From the IMG/VR virus record IMGVR_UViG_2585427765_000017: 36,151 nt of DNA. One strand, given 5' to 3'. Both the position numbers and the translations under genes were made by a program. This stretch comes from a virus (Duplodnaviria > Heunggongvirae > Uroviricota > Caudoviricetes). The notes beneath the pieces were generated by a model. The model saw nothing but the letters and a program-made list of their open reading frames with translations, ran no database searches and had not been told where the DNA came from. Positions 1 through 7,825 of this stretch are shown piece by piece (position 1 is the first letter of the stretch; every line of letters begins with the position of its first letter).

Positions 1-1119
1 TCAAATAACCAACTTAACCCATTCCTGACCTCGAGTATCGTTATAGCGATCGGTGGTTGCCTGGACTTTATGCCCCAGTAATGTTTTTGTATCGACACCC
101 TGTGCCCGGTACAGCCGTTCTGACAGGGAACGTTGTTCATGAAATGTTGGTGGTGTTTTTCCTGCTGGTGGAATTATTCCAGCCAGGTCCCGTGCTTTGG
201 CAAAGTAATCGCTCAGGTTGTCTTTACTCATCGGCTTCGGTTGTTTCTGGTGCCGACTATGGATTAGATATGGACTTAATATTCTGTCTCGGCACCCATC
301 AATAACTTCTTTTAACGTTATCCCAATGGCATCACAGCGTAGTGTAAGCGGTAACGCCAGACGCATTCCGGTTTTTCCCTGGGTGATATGCAGGTGTTCG
401 TTCCACACATCTGAAAAACGCATGTGGCAAATGTCATCACGGCGCTGACCAGTAACAATCGCAAGAAGCATTGCGTTACGGATAAAGTGTTTTTCAGGCG
501 TTGCGTTGTAAATTTTTTGCCAGTCTTCCAGGGTGAGCCTGGCTCTGGTTACTTTAGGGATCGGTTTACGGGTAGCCTCCGGAGGATTCCATCCAGGAGG
601 AACTTCCCCTGCATGCTGTGCTTCTTTATAAATATCAACCCATAATCCACGATTTACTCTCGCTGTGCTGACCATGTCTTTATCCAGCCACTCATCCAGT
701 ATTAATGCAAAGTCTCTTACTTCCAGTTCTTTCAATGGGTGGTTTCCCAGACGGGAAACCAGGTATGCAGCCATTCGGGCTTTTTCTTTGTGAGTTGTAG
801 TTGCAATATCCCCATTTTTCAGTCGCGTGTCCTGTATTTTCAGATATCGATCAACCCATGCCTTTAATCTGATACCCCGACGTTTTGTTGCTGACGGACT
901 TTCATCAATTTTGCGCATGAAATATTCAGCTTCTGCTGCAGCTATTCGCTGATTGGCTGTGGAAGCGATTTTTTCTGCTTTGCCTTTGTCTGTTCCGAGA
1001 CCGTGAAATTTTCCAGTCACAGGGTTTTTATACTGGTAGTAAACCCTGCCAGTTCTGCGATCAAACTTTTCGTAAAGACCGGTTACGTCAGTGCTGTTTT
1101 TTCGTGGCCTCGGTGACAT
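1..1119 (-). CDS. int: Phage tyrosine integrase (lambda-like); complete, stop codon at window positions 1-3
   Basis: 372-aa ORF from track. Position at prophage end next to an excisionase-like gene and a C-terminal region (HxxR-like, LLGH, terminal Y context) are typical of tyrosine recombinases. Family assignment by pattern recognition, not search. Confidence 0.85.
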   Translation of the reverse strand: MSPRPRKNSTDVTGLYEKFDRRTGRVYYQYKNPVTGKFHGLGTDKGKAEKIASTANQRIAAAEAEYFMRKIDESPSATKRRGIRLKAWVDRYLKIQDTRLKNGDIATTTHKEKARMAAYLVSRLGNHPLKELEVRDFALILDEWLDKDMVSTARVNRGLWVDIYKEAQHAGEVPPGWNPPEATRKPIPKVTRARLTLEDWQKIYNATPEKHFIRNAMLLAIVTGQRRDDICHMRFSDVWNEHLHITQGKTGMRLALPLTLRCDAIGITLKEVIDGCRDRILSPYLIHSRHQKQPKPMSKDNLSDYFAKARDLAGIIPPAGKTPPTFHEQRSLSERLYRAQGVDTKTLLGHKVQATTDRYNDTRGQEWVKLVI

Positions 1120-1366
1120 GAGTTAAAATCTCCTTCAGTGCATCATCATCGCCAGTATGAATTTCCGGCGCAATTCCCGTTTCACCAGGTCCAACAAATA
1201 CTGCCCGGCGATCTATCAGCCAACGCCCACGAATTTTTTGTGGTCTTGGAACGATGTATCCTAGTTTTCCGTATTTCACCAGGGTAGTGTTTGTTATTGG
1301 GAGACTGAACCGTTTTGGTTTCCACTCATCGAGCGTTATCAGGTACTGTTCGCTCATGGCTATCAC
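1088..1366 (-). CDS. xis: Excisionase-like protein (Xis)
   Basis: Small basic ORF immediately upstream of int and overlapping it by about 30 nt; EW...P...GKLGYIVP...GRWLI pattern resembles lambdoid/HK022-type Xis. True start may be the internal Met (MSEQ...). Confidence 0.6.
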   Translation of the reverse strand: MIAMSEQYLITLDEWKPKRFSLPITNTTLVKYGKLGYIVPRPQKIRGRWLIDRRAVFVGPGETGIAPEIHTGDDDALKEILTHVTEATKKQH

Positions 1367-1418
1367 TCCGGAACGCGCCAGTTGCAGAATACCAACGACA
1401 ACTGGCGACGGTTGAACA

Positions 1419-3890
1419 TTAAAAATCAGCCTGATTCGGAATCAGTTTTTGCCAGATAGCTGAAACGTATTTTGCCTGGTAACGGGCGTCATCAAGTGCA
1501 TTATGGCGCTCACCTTCGAATGGAATAGCCGTTCTGGCATCGAAGTCTATGGCTTTCCCCAGCTCAACGATTGTGCGTACATCGCGATCGTTGTAGTAAC
1601 GCCACGGGCAGGGGATCCCCTGCCGTTCGTATGAACGGCGCAAAATCGTGTTGTCGAAGTTGGCTCCATTTCCCCAGACCTGAACAAAAAATTCACCGGA
1701 GTTTTCGTCGATAAATTCCCGCAATTGTAACAGTGCATCATCTAACGGGATTTCATCGGTCATAATGGCAGATTGCGCTTCGCGTGATTGCTTAAGCCAC
1801 CATTTAATGGTGTCCCGATCAATGACTCCGCCAGCAGTTTCCAGATCGATAGTCTTACTAAATTCCGGTCCCATATCTCCGGTTTGCGGATCGAAAAATA
1901 TTGCACCTATTGAGATAATCGGGGCATCAGGATTTTTTCCCATGGTTTCAAGGTCGATCATTAGATGGTCACACGTCCTACTGGCGGATGTGATTTCGTG
2001 ATGACCGTTCACCTTAATTGAGTGATCTGCCGTCTCGCCAGTTTCATTATCGCTATTGTGATGCTGATTGCCGCCAGTGTTCTTCTTGTTTGGATGTTCA
2101 GCGCCTTCCATTTCCTCCGGATCATCTTCCTGAACTTCAACCTGATACTCTTCATCGAATGTTTCCTGGTATGTTGCGTCGCCCATCACCGCGCCACAAT
2201 CAGGGCAGTTGCCGCCGCCGGTCTGACCGCAGGCGGTGCAGATCTTTTCCGGTTCCTGTTGCACTACTGGTTCAGGTTGTTTCGTTTCTTGCTCGTTTTG
2301 TAACGCATTTGGGCTGTTTTGTTCCGCTTTCTGGCCGTTCTGTTCCGTTTCTTGCTGGTTCTGGTTCACAGAATCGCGGGTTTCCATCCCCTTCACCCAT
2401 TTCGGATCATTCGGATCGCTAATTCCTACAACAAATTCACCACGTGATACTGCAAGCAGTTCATCGGCGTCAGGCTGGCTGATATTGGCTGCCTGCATAA
2501 TGTTGTTTACTTCGTCAGCGGTAACTTTTACCGGCCCTGGTTGTGCGGTCGTGTCAGATGCACCAGTATTTTGTTGTGAACCTGAGTATGTACTGTTTTT
2601 GCGGACGAAATATTCTTCTTTCGTGATTTCAGTAGCCCCGGCAGCCAGTGCCTTATCCAGACCAGAAAGTTTGTTTGCGCGACCGTATTTTTCACCATCC
2701 TTGTCGGTGAAGAGGAAGTAGAACGGCCCCTCACGCTCTACAGATGGTTCGACTTCCACTTTGCATTCGGTTTTTTCGTTGTCCGGAATTGCCGTTTCCA
2801 CTGCATCAGTTTCTGGTACTGGCGACGAGAGAGTATCAGTTGCGATCTGATTTGTTCCTTCATCTTCAAACACGCCCTTTGTAGTCAGGTATTCAGTAAT
2901 GTATTTGTTCAGTGCCACAGGGTCTTTGTGAATGTCGATCGGACGCTCACGGACAAGGCCAAAAATAGTCTGGCGGTCGTAGCGAAGGGCATCAGGCTGT
3001 TTGCGCATTGATGCTGAGATACGCTTCCAGTCTTCGCGGTCGTTGTTGATAACTTCATTTTTTGCCCAGCGATGGATGCTGCCGTCAATGTTTCCGGCAT
3101 CAATGTCACCAGGCCACAGAGCGTAGGCCAGTTCATCATCCAGTGTTTTCCATGTCTGCTTATATTCGCGACGAATGACTGCAGTGACAGGGGGGATATT
3201 TTCTGCTGAGTTTTCAGTGTGCTGTCGGTTGACTCTGGCGCGGGCGAGATCAACAGCAGACGTGTATTTTCCGGTTTCCTTGCGTTCACCTTCGCGACGT
3301 TTTTTCCAGATGCGCATCTCTGCCTGAATTTCGGGCCATTTAGCTCCAGGCTTACATTTATGCTTAACCCACCCGATGGCATGCAACTTAAGTTCTGGAT
3401 ACATGGCGTTAACTTCTGGCATTTTCATCAACGCTTCAACGATATGTCCGTCGAATGTTGCCATGTCTTCCTGCAACAGTTCCTGTGCACTAATCACCAT
3501 ATCAACGGTGATGTTTTCACATGTGTCGAACTTAACCATGACAGCGTTCTGTACTTCAGGGGCCAGCTTGTCAAAAGTGACGTTCATCGGATCTGATTCA
3601 GTCTCAACCGGGACAAAGGAAGCTGACTCCTCATCCCAGCGGTTTTCCTGCATATATTCAGCATCCCAAGAATCGAGGGCAGGGCGGGGTATACCGGGTT
3701 TATCCTCGCAAACAAGAAATTTATAAGCGCAGTCCTGAGCAGCCGGATATTGCTCCAGGAATTGCCAGGTAAATTTGGCACGGGCGCGGCGTTCGTCGCC
3801 AGCTTCAATGGCAGTGGCTACAGCGACTGCACCTTCTTCCTTTATTGCCTGTTCGTCCGGAATAGCGGCGCAAATAAAGACTTTACTCAT
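1419..3890 (-). CDS. Large putative exonuclease (823 aa) with C-terminal DnaQ-like DEDDh 3'-5' exonuclease domain and a central Cys4 zinc ribbon
   Basis: C-terminal motifs read in translation: LMIDLETMG (Exo I), VWGNGANFD (Exo II), HNALDDARY (Exo III); CTACGQ...CPDCG zinc ribbon mid-protein; occupies the exo/recombination position of the early-left operon. Confidence 0.65.
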   Translation of the reverse strand: MSKVFICAAIPDEQAIKEEGAVAVATAIEAGDERRARAKFTWQFLEQYPAAQDCAYKFLVCEDKPGIPRPALDSWDAEYMQENRWDEESASFVPVETESDPMNVTFDKLAPEVQNAVMVKFDTCENITVDMVISAQELLQEDMATFDGHIVEALMKMPEVNAMYPELKLHAIGWVKHKCKPGAKWPEIQAEMRIWKKRREGERKETGKYTSAVDLARARVNRQHTENSAENIPPVTAVIRREYKQTWKTLDDELAYALWPGDIDAGNIDGSIHRWAKNEVINNDREDWKRISASMRKQPDALRYDRQTIFGLVRERPIDIHKDPVALNKYITEYLTTKGVFEDEGTNQIATDTLSSPVPETDAVETAIPDNEKTECKVEVEPSVEREGPFYFLFTDKDGEKYGRANKLSGLDKALAAGATEITKEEYFVRKNSTYSGSQQNTGASDTTAQPGPVKVTADEVNNIMQAANISQPDADELLAVSRGEFVVGISDPNDPKWVKGMETRDSVNQNQQETEQNGQKAEQNSPNALQNEQETKQPEPVVQQEPEKICTACGQTGGGNCPDCGAVMGDATYQETFDEEYQVEVQEDDPEEMEGAEHPNKKNTGGNQHHNSDNETGETADHSIKVNGHHEITSASRTCDHLMIDLETMGKNPDAPIISIGAIFFDPQTGDMGPEFSKTIDLETAGGVIDRDTIKWWLKQSREAQSAIMTDEIPLDDALLQLREFIDENSGEFFVQVWGNGANFDNTILRRSYERQGIPCPWRYYNDRDVRTIVELGKAIDFDARTAIPFEGERHNALDDARYQAKYVSAIWQKLIPNQADF

Positions 3891-3969
3891 GTTGTTTTAA
3901 CCTCATTACAGATTTAAGGGTGAACAAATCCCTGCCATTGCTGGCATATAAAATGAAACCGGATATTAA

Positions 3970-4173
3970 TTACGGCGCTGTTTTAAGTCCTGCCGGGATT
4001 TCGTTATTATCCATGTGAATAACTTTATCGACCGGATAGCAGTTACCGGGAATTTTTTGTTCTGCTGCGGCAGCTATGCATTCTTTCATTGAACCGTAAA
4101 TGTTAATAACCATGTCAACAGGCTCGCCAGTATTAAGAAAAACAGTCAGAGTGAGGGCAATAGCAGTATTCAT
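3970..4173 (-). CDS. ydfD: YdfD-like small membrane protein (internal Met start of the 85-aa track ORF)
   Basis: Translation MNTAIALTLTVFLNTGEPVD... has a hydrophobic N-terminus; start codon overlaps dicB stop (ATGA), as in the Qin dicB-ydfD arrangement. Homology from memory. Confidence 0.5.
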   Translation of the reverse strand: MNTAIALTLTVFLNTGEPVDMVINIYGSMKECIAAAAEQKIPGNCYPVDKVIHMDNNEIPAGLKTAP

Positions 4174-4358
4174 TGCCAGTATCCTTTTTGCATCGGGCGT
4201 AAACGGGCCAGCATTGAAAGAATGCATATTTTATTTAATAGCTCCCGTTCGTATTTTCTCTTATTAATGGCATCTTCAGTAAATACAGGGTTACTGATTC
4301 TGACACCAATTTCAAAACAACCTTCAGACGTATTGACGTTTGGTAATAACGTTTCCAT
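4170..4358 (-). CDS. dicB: Cell division inhibitor DicB (62 aa)
   Basis: Internal-Met product METLLPNVNTSEGCFEIGVRISNPVFTEDAINKRKYERELLNKICILSMLARLRPMQKGYWQ is near-identical in length and sequence to E. coli Qin DicB as I recall it; the track ORF 4170..4454 extends upstream of the true start. Confidence 0.8.
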   Translation of the reverse strand: METLLPNVNTSEGCFEIGVRISNPVFTEDAINKRKYERELLNKICILSMLARLRPMQKGYWQ

Positions 4359-4540
4359 TATCGCGTCCTCAACAATGAATTTTGTGATGCGGCGCCTGGT
4401 GCCTCCAGGTGACGTTAACCAGTTAACAATTAACGCCGGATACAGAGAACCCACCCATAAGAACCAATACGGAAGTCAACTGGTCTTTTTAACTGTTCCG
4501 CGTGCGCTGAGCCGCATTCACCGCATCACAAAATTCACTT

Positions 4541-4605
4541 TAAAAAGGGCGGGTATCACAAGGGAAAACAAAAAACGGATACCCGCCAAAAGGTAATCAG
4601 CATGG
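4541..4605 (-). ncRNA. dicF: DicF-like small RNA candidate ending in an intrinsic terminator (approximate coordinates)
   Basis: Minus-strand reads ...CAUGCUGAUUACCUUUUGGCGGGUAUCCG...GUGAUACCCGCCCUUUUUAAAGUG: GGCGGGUAUC/GAUACCCGCC stem followed by a U-run, directly upstream of dicB where dicF lies in Qin. Resemblance to DicF (UUUGGCGGUAUC...GCCGCCC) is from memory. Confidence 0.4.
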
Positions 4606-4927
4606 GTTGTTGCAGCGGAGTTGTCACTTAAGCGTATGGTCAACCTGACAACCCGGTGCTCCACAGGGGAGGGAGAATAGTCCCCCTGCCATACTTACCG
4701 CCGCGCCATTTCGCGGATTGCCACAACCGGAAGCGTACGGTCGAATTAAATTTAACGACAAGCCTCATAGGTGAAGGCCTTCGCCGTACGCTTTCGTGTT
4801 ATGCCCTGACTTTTCAGGGATATATCCTTTCAGTAAACTGTCAGTGCCGGATGCTCACCCGTGTCCGGCGCACGCACTCCACCTCACCCGTGGAGAACTC
4901 CTTAATTACCAACCCTCAGGAGGGTGA

Positions 4928-5161
4928 ATGTTAAAATCAACTCTTATTGCTAAATGCCTTTATCAAAATCGCATGGTAAGCAGCATTTCAATAGGCGAGT
5001 CTGCAGTTAAAAGTATTTTCGAAGAGTACTTTTCCGGGCATGATTTTAATAAATGGAATACTAAATTACCGCCAGCAGTTTCAACGCGTATTCTGAAAGC
5101 AACTGAAAGAGCAAGTACAATTCGCGTTAACTATTTCATTAAAGATTTGTGGGATCTTTGA
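4928..5161 (+). CDS. Hypothetical 77-aa protein, opposite in orientation to the surrounding leftward operon
   Basis: Strong RBS (CTCAGGAGGGTGA) directly before the ATG; AT-rich coding; 3' end overlaps the convergent 135-aa gene by about 23 nt. No family recognised. Confidence 0.35.
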   Translation: MLKSTLIAKCLYQNRMVSSISIGESAVKSIFEEYFSGHDFNKWNTKLPPAVSTRILKATERASTIRVNYFIKDLWDL

Positions 5162-5546
5162 TATCCACAGAGCCTAAAGTATGTGCATATGGATGTGCTA
5201 TTGTGCGCCCCTGTAAATTTGCATCGTTTTCTAAATCTTTTGATTTCAACAGAACATCAGCAAGACTCTGAATCATGCAGAGATAATCAAAAGCAGTTGC
5301 CGTTTCTGTTCTGATTGCTGAAATAACATGACCATTCAGGCAAACAGAAATTACCCGTTCATCAATATCGTTTTCCTGTTTTTGATTATCAGAACCATAT
5401 AGCCCTGAAAAAGCATTGCGCACATTACGAACCATATTATCGATGGTTTCTTTTTTGGTGTATGCCGGGTCAATTTTCACCAGACTATCACCGAGTGTCG
5501 TTGCAGCAATTATCTGGATTTCTTTTGGTAAATCTTTAAATTCCAT
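5139..5546 (-). CDS. Hypothetical 135-aa protein between ydfC-like gene and the DicF-like region
   Basis: Clean ORF with ATG start in the leftward early operon; no recognisable motif; absent from the Qin dicB operon as I remember it. Confidence 0.45.
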   Translation of the reverse strand: MEFKDLPKEIQIIAATTLGDSLVKIDPAYTKKETIDNMVRNVRNAFSGLYGSDNQKQENDIDERVISVCLNGHVISAIRTETATAFDYLCMIQSLADVLLKSKDLENDANLQGRTIAHPYAHTLGSVDIKDPTNL

Positions 5547-5568
5547 TATTAGCCTCGTTGGTTAGCCA

Positions 5569-5787
5569 TTAACGTGGGTATGTAATCATTCTGGCAATGC
5601 TTAATGCCGCTGCTTTTTCCAGATTGGTGATATCCTGCTCCAGAGCGGACAGATTTTCAGCTTGCTTAGCCCTGGCTTCATTGGCCCATTTCAGGTCCTG
5701 CGCAGCCTTAATTTTCTGGTGCATCCACTCATAAAGTTCATCATCGGTATAGTCTGGCGCGATGATGACGGGTTCTCGTTTCTGCAT
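5569..5787 (-). CDS. ydfC: YdfC-like protein (72 aa)
   Basis: 72-aa coiled-coil-like ORF (MQKREPVIIAPDYTDDELYEW...) with GAGGAA RBS, in the ydfA-ydfB-ydfC synteny of the Qin dicB operon. Confidence 0.55.
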   Translation of the reverse strand: MQKREPVIIAPDYTDDELYEWMHQKIKAAQDLKWANEARAKQAENLSALEQDITNLEKAAALSIARMITYPR

Positions 5788-5816
5788 ACTGATTCCTCGC
5801 GGTGCTGCTTCGCTTA

Positions 5817-5945
5817 TCAGCCGTTAGATTTTGCCGAGCTGGAAAGCGCCTGTATAAACTCACTGAAGCTGAGAGCTTCTTCGCCTTTGGCAAGGCCTTC
5901 GAAGTATTCTTCGTAAGCCTTTTCCATGATTGTGTCGAAATCCAT
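5817..5945 (-). CDS. ydfB: YdfB-like small protein (42 aa; below track threshold, hand-translated)
   Basis: Minus-strand ORF translating to MDFDTIMEKAYEEYFEGLAKGEEALSFSEFIQALSSSAKSNG; sits between ydfA-like stop and ydfC-like start with 1-nt spacing to the ydfA stop. Confidence 0.45.
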   Translation of the reverse strand: MDFDTIMEKAYEEYFEGLAKGEEALSFSEFIQALSSSAKSNG

Positions 5946-5946
5946 A

Positions 5947-6102
5947 TCACTCACCTGAGTTTCTTTCCAGCCAGCGACGGGCACCATTTTCGGTTTTAAA
6001 CGTTTTGCTTTTGGTATACGTCATCGCGGTGAACGTACCGTCCTGGTTGGGGAACACGCCACATACCAGAGATTCGTTGTTGCCAAGATCGATAGTATCC
6101 AT
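5947..6102 (-). CDS. ydfA: YdfA-like protein (51 aa, internal Met of the 78-aa track ORF)
   Basis: MDTIDLGNNESLVCGVFPNQDGTFTAMTYTKSKTFKTENGARRWLERNSGE matches my recollection of Qin YdfA; GAGGT RBS upstream; first gene downstream of the leftward promoter. Confidence 0.7.
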   Translation of the reverse strand: MDTIDLGNNESLVCGVFPNQDGTFTAMTYTKSKTFKTENGARRWLERNSGE

Positions 6103-6283
6103 GTTGACCTCATTTCCCCTTAACGCCGGGGTAGCGGAACAAAAACCTGCTGCATAGTTATTAAAGTTGAACCCTGCCGTCATGTTCTTACGCCTCGGGC
6201 TGGCTACTTAACCCCTGACCACTGCCTGGTAACTCGAGGTATTGCCCTGTATTGTGTGGGACGGGATGGGTTGGTATGGGAAA

Positions 6284-6350
6284 ACTATAGGAAATGCCTA
6301 ATTACTTGTCAATAGGCTATGCCTAATAATTTGGGCGCAACCTAATAGGT
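6284..6350 (-). promoter_or_regulatory. Leftward early promoter/operator region (PL/OL-like)
   Basis: Minus strand carries TTGACA (about 6307-6312), 17-bp spacer, TATAGT (about 6284-6289). Overlaps the 17-bp operator ATTAGGCATAGCCTATT (inverted, 6311-6327) plus extra GCCTAAT/CCTAATAGG half-sites at about 6296-6302 and 6341-6349. Confidence 0.5.
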
Positions 6351-6420
6351 GATGGTTTGTGGAAGAGGTAGTAGGAGTTAACTAACGGGAACTAGGAATT
6401 TCCCGTCGGACCATATAAGT

Positions 6421-6897
6421 TTAAGTTCCTGTCTTGGTGATGTTCTGGCTTTTCCGTTTTGATTCTTGATTTTTCAGATAGTTAGCTACCTTCATTTCCA
6501 TTGCGGCAATGTAGGCGCGAACGTCATGATCAACCCAACTAGGCTCCGTAGCATTTCCAGATAAGATGAAAGCCACAATTGCTCTTTTTTCATCAGAGGC
6601 GGCTTGATAAAGGCTGTTTATGTCTAAAAGTTCACTTTTTGTATCTGAAGTGGATGGGGTTGGTATGGGGTATTCGTTAAGCCCCCAATGCTCTGGACCA
6701 ACCACATCAGAAAAGAAACGCCATAGTTCTGGAAGTTTGTCTTTACTTATCGAACCTTTCTTAATCCAGTCATGGATTGATGGTGGTTGGACTTTGAAAT
6801 GACGTGCGATTTCCGCCTTTGATTTGACGGCTCCTGATGCAATTTTTTTGTTAATGGCCTGCTCTATCGCTCGGCCTAAGTCTTTACCACTAAGCAT
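6421..6897 (-). CDS. Prophage CI-like repressor (HTH), no recognisable LexA/S24 autocleavage domain
   Basis: N-terminal HTH region (GKDLGRAIEQAINKKIASGAVKSKAEIARHFKVQPPSIHDWIKKG) resembles the phage CI-repressor HTH family; divergent from the cro-like gene; flanked by matching operator repeats. No Ala-Gly/Ser...Lys S24 signature seen in the 158-aa product. Confidence 0.75.
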   Translation of the reverse strand: MLSGKDLGRAIEQAINKKIASGAVKSKAEIARHFKVQPPSIHDWIKKGSISKDKLPELWRFFSDVVGPEHWGLNEYPIPTPSTSDTKSELLDINSLYQAASDEKRAIVAFILSGNATEPSWVDHDVRAYIAAMEMKVANYLKNQESKRKSQNITKTGT

Positions 6898-6944
6898 TGC
6901 TTAATAGTCTCCTATGCGCATCGCGTTAGGCAATCCCTACTCTC

Positions 6945-6997
6945 GATGTATTAGGCATAGCCTATTGACAATTTCATTAGGCTAAGCCTAATATTGT
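6945..6997 (+). promoter_or_regulatory. Rightward early promoter/operator region (PR/OR-like)
   Basis: TTGACA (about 6965-6970), 18-bp spacer, TAATAT (about 6989-6994). Operator ATTAGGCATAGCCTATT at 6950-6966 and near-palindrome ATTAGGCTAAGCCTAAT at 6977-6993 overlapping the -10. The 22-bp TTGTCAATAGGCTATGCCTAAT is repeated inverted at 6306-6327. Confidence 0.55.
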
Positions 6998-7021
6998 TGC
7001 GTGTTTTTTGGAGTTCATTCG

Positions 7022-7345
7022 ATGAAAAAAGATAACTATTCATTCAAACGAGCTTGTGCTGTTGTCGGTGGGCAATCAGCAATGGCTAGGCTTTTAGGTG
7101 TATCTCCTCCAAGCGTAAATCAATGGATCAAAGGTGTACGTCAGTTACCTGCTGAGAGATGTCCTGCGATTGAACGAGCAACAAAAGGTGGTGTCCTGTG
7201 TGAAGAACTTCGTCCTGATGTTGATTGGACATACTTACGACGCTCGTCATGTTATTCGCAGAATATGTCGATGAAGCAACCAAATGACGAAAACGATCAT
7301 ACCCGAAGCATCAAGAGGCAAATGATTCATGAAAATCAAACATGA
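7022..7345 (+). CDS. Cro/YdaS-like HTH regulator
   Basis: MKKDNYSFKRACAVVGGQSAMARLLGVSPPSVNQWIKGVRQLPAERCPAIE is a Cro/C1-type HTH resembling Rac YdaS. ATG at 7022 with GGAG RBS is preferred over the track GTG at 7001, which would lie at the predicted transcription start. Confidence 0.7.
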   Translation: MKKDNYSFKRACAVVGGQSAMARLLGVSPPSVNQWIKGVRQLPAERCPAIERATKGGVLCEELRPDVDWTYLRRSSCYSQNMSMKQPNDENDHTRSIKRQMIHENQT

Positions 7346-7754
7346 GCACATCCGCATGGCGATGAATGCCTGGGCATACCCTGATGGTGAGAAAGTTCCT
7401 GCAGCTGAAATAGCCCGGACTTATTTCGAACTGGGGATGACGTTCCCTGAACTGTATGACGACAGCCATCCGGAAGCCCTGGCTCGCAATACCCAGAAAA
7501 TTTTCCGCTGGGTAGAGAAAGACACCCCTGATGCAGTTGAAAAAATTCAGGCGTTGTTACCAGCGATCGAAAAGGCAATGCCACCTTTGCTGGTGGCCAG
7601 AATGCGCAGCCACAGTTCAGCTTATTTTCGGGAGCTGGTGGAGACGCGGGAGCGACTGGTGAGAGACGCTGATGATTTTGTCGCAGTGGCAATCGCCGGT
7701 TTCAATCAGATGAACCGTGGTGGCCCGGCAGGAAATGCTGTGGCAGTACATTGA
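7329..7754 (+). CDS. YdaT-like (CII-like) regulator
   Basis: MKIKHEHIRMAMNAWAYPDGEKVP... matches my recollection of the Rac YdaT N-terminus; immediately follows and overlaps the Cro/YdaS-like gene. Confidence 0.6.
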   Translation: MKIKHEHIRMAMNAWAYPDGEKVPAAEIARTYFELGMTFPELYDDSHPEALARNTQKIFRWVEKDTPDAVEKIQALLPAIEKAMPPLLVARMRSHSSAYFRELVETRERLVRDADDFVAVAIAGFNQMNRGGPAGNAVAVH

Positions 7755-7825
7755 CTGACAATAGCCATATCGAATCGCTTCCGGCAACTCGTGAGTAAAA
7801 AGATTCGGTATCAGAAGAGGTGAGT

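Noticed and set aside
2018-2734. Plus-strand ORFs nested inside the exonuclease gene (2018..2422, 2022..2303, 2236..2721)
   Set aside because: Antisense to a coherent 823-aa reading frame; Cys/Phe/Ser-rich low-complexity products; no start-site signals.
4605-4927. Track ORF 4656..4934 (+) in the structured non-coding stretch upstream of the DicF-like RNA
   Set aside because: No RBS, Arg/Cys-rich product, and the region is better explained as the processed leader of the dicB-operon transcript.
7001-7021. Track GTG start at 7001 for the cro-like gene
   Set aside because: It would place the start codon at or upstream of the predicted transcription start of the PR-like promoter and lacks an RBS; ATG at 7022 has a GGAG RBS.
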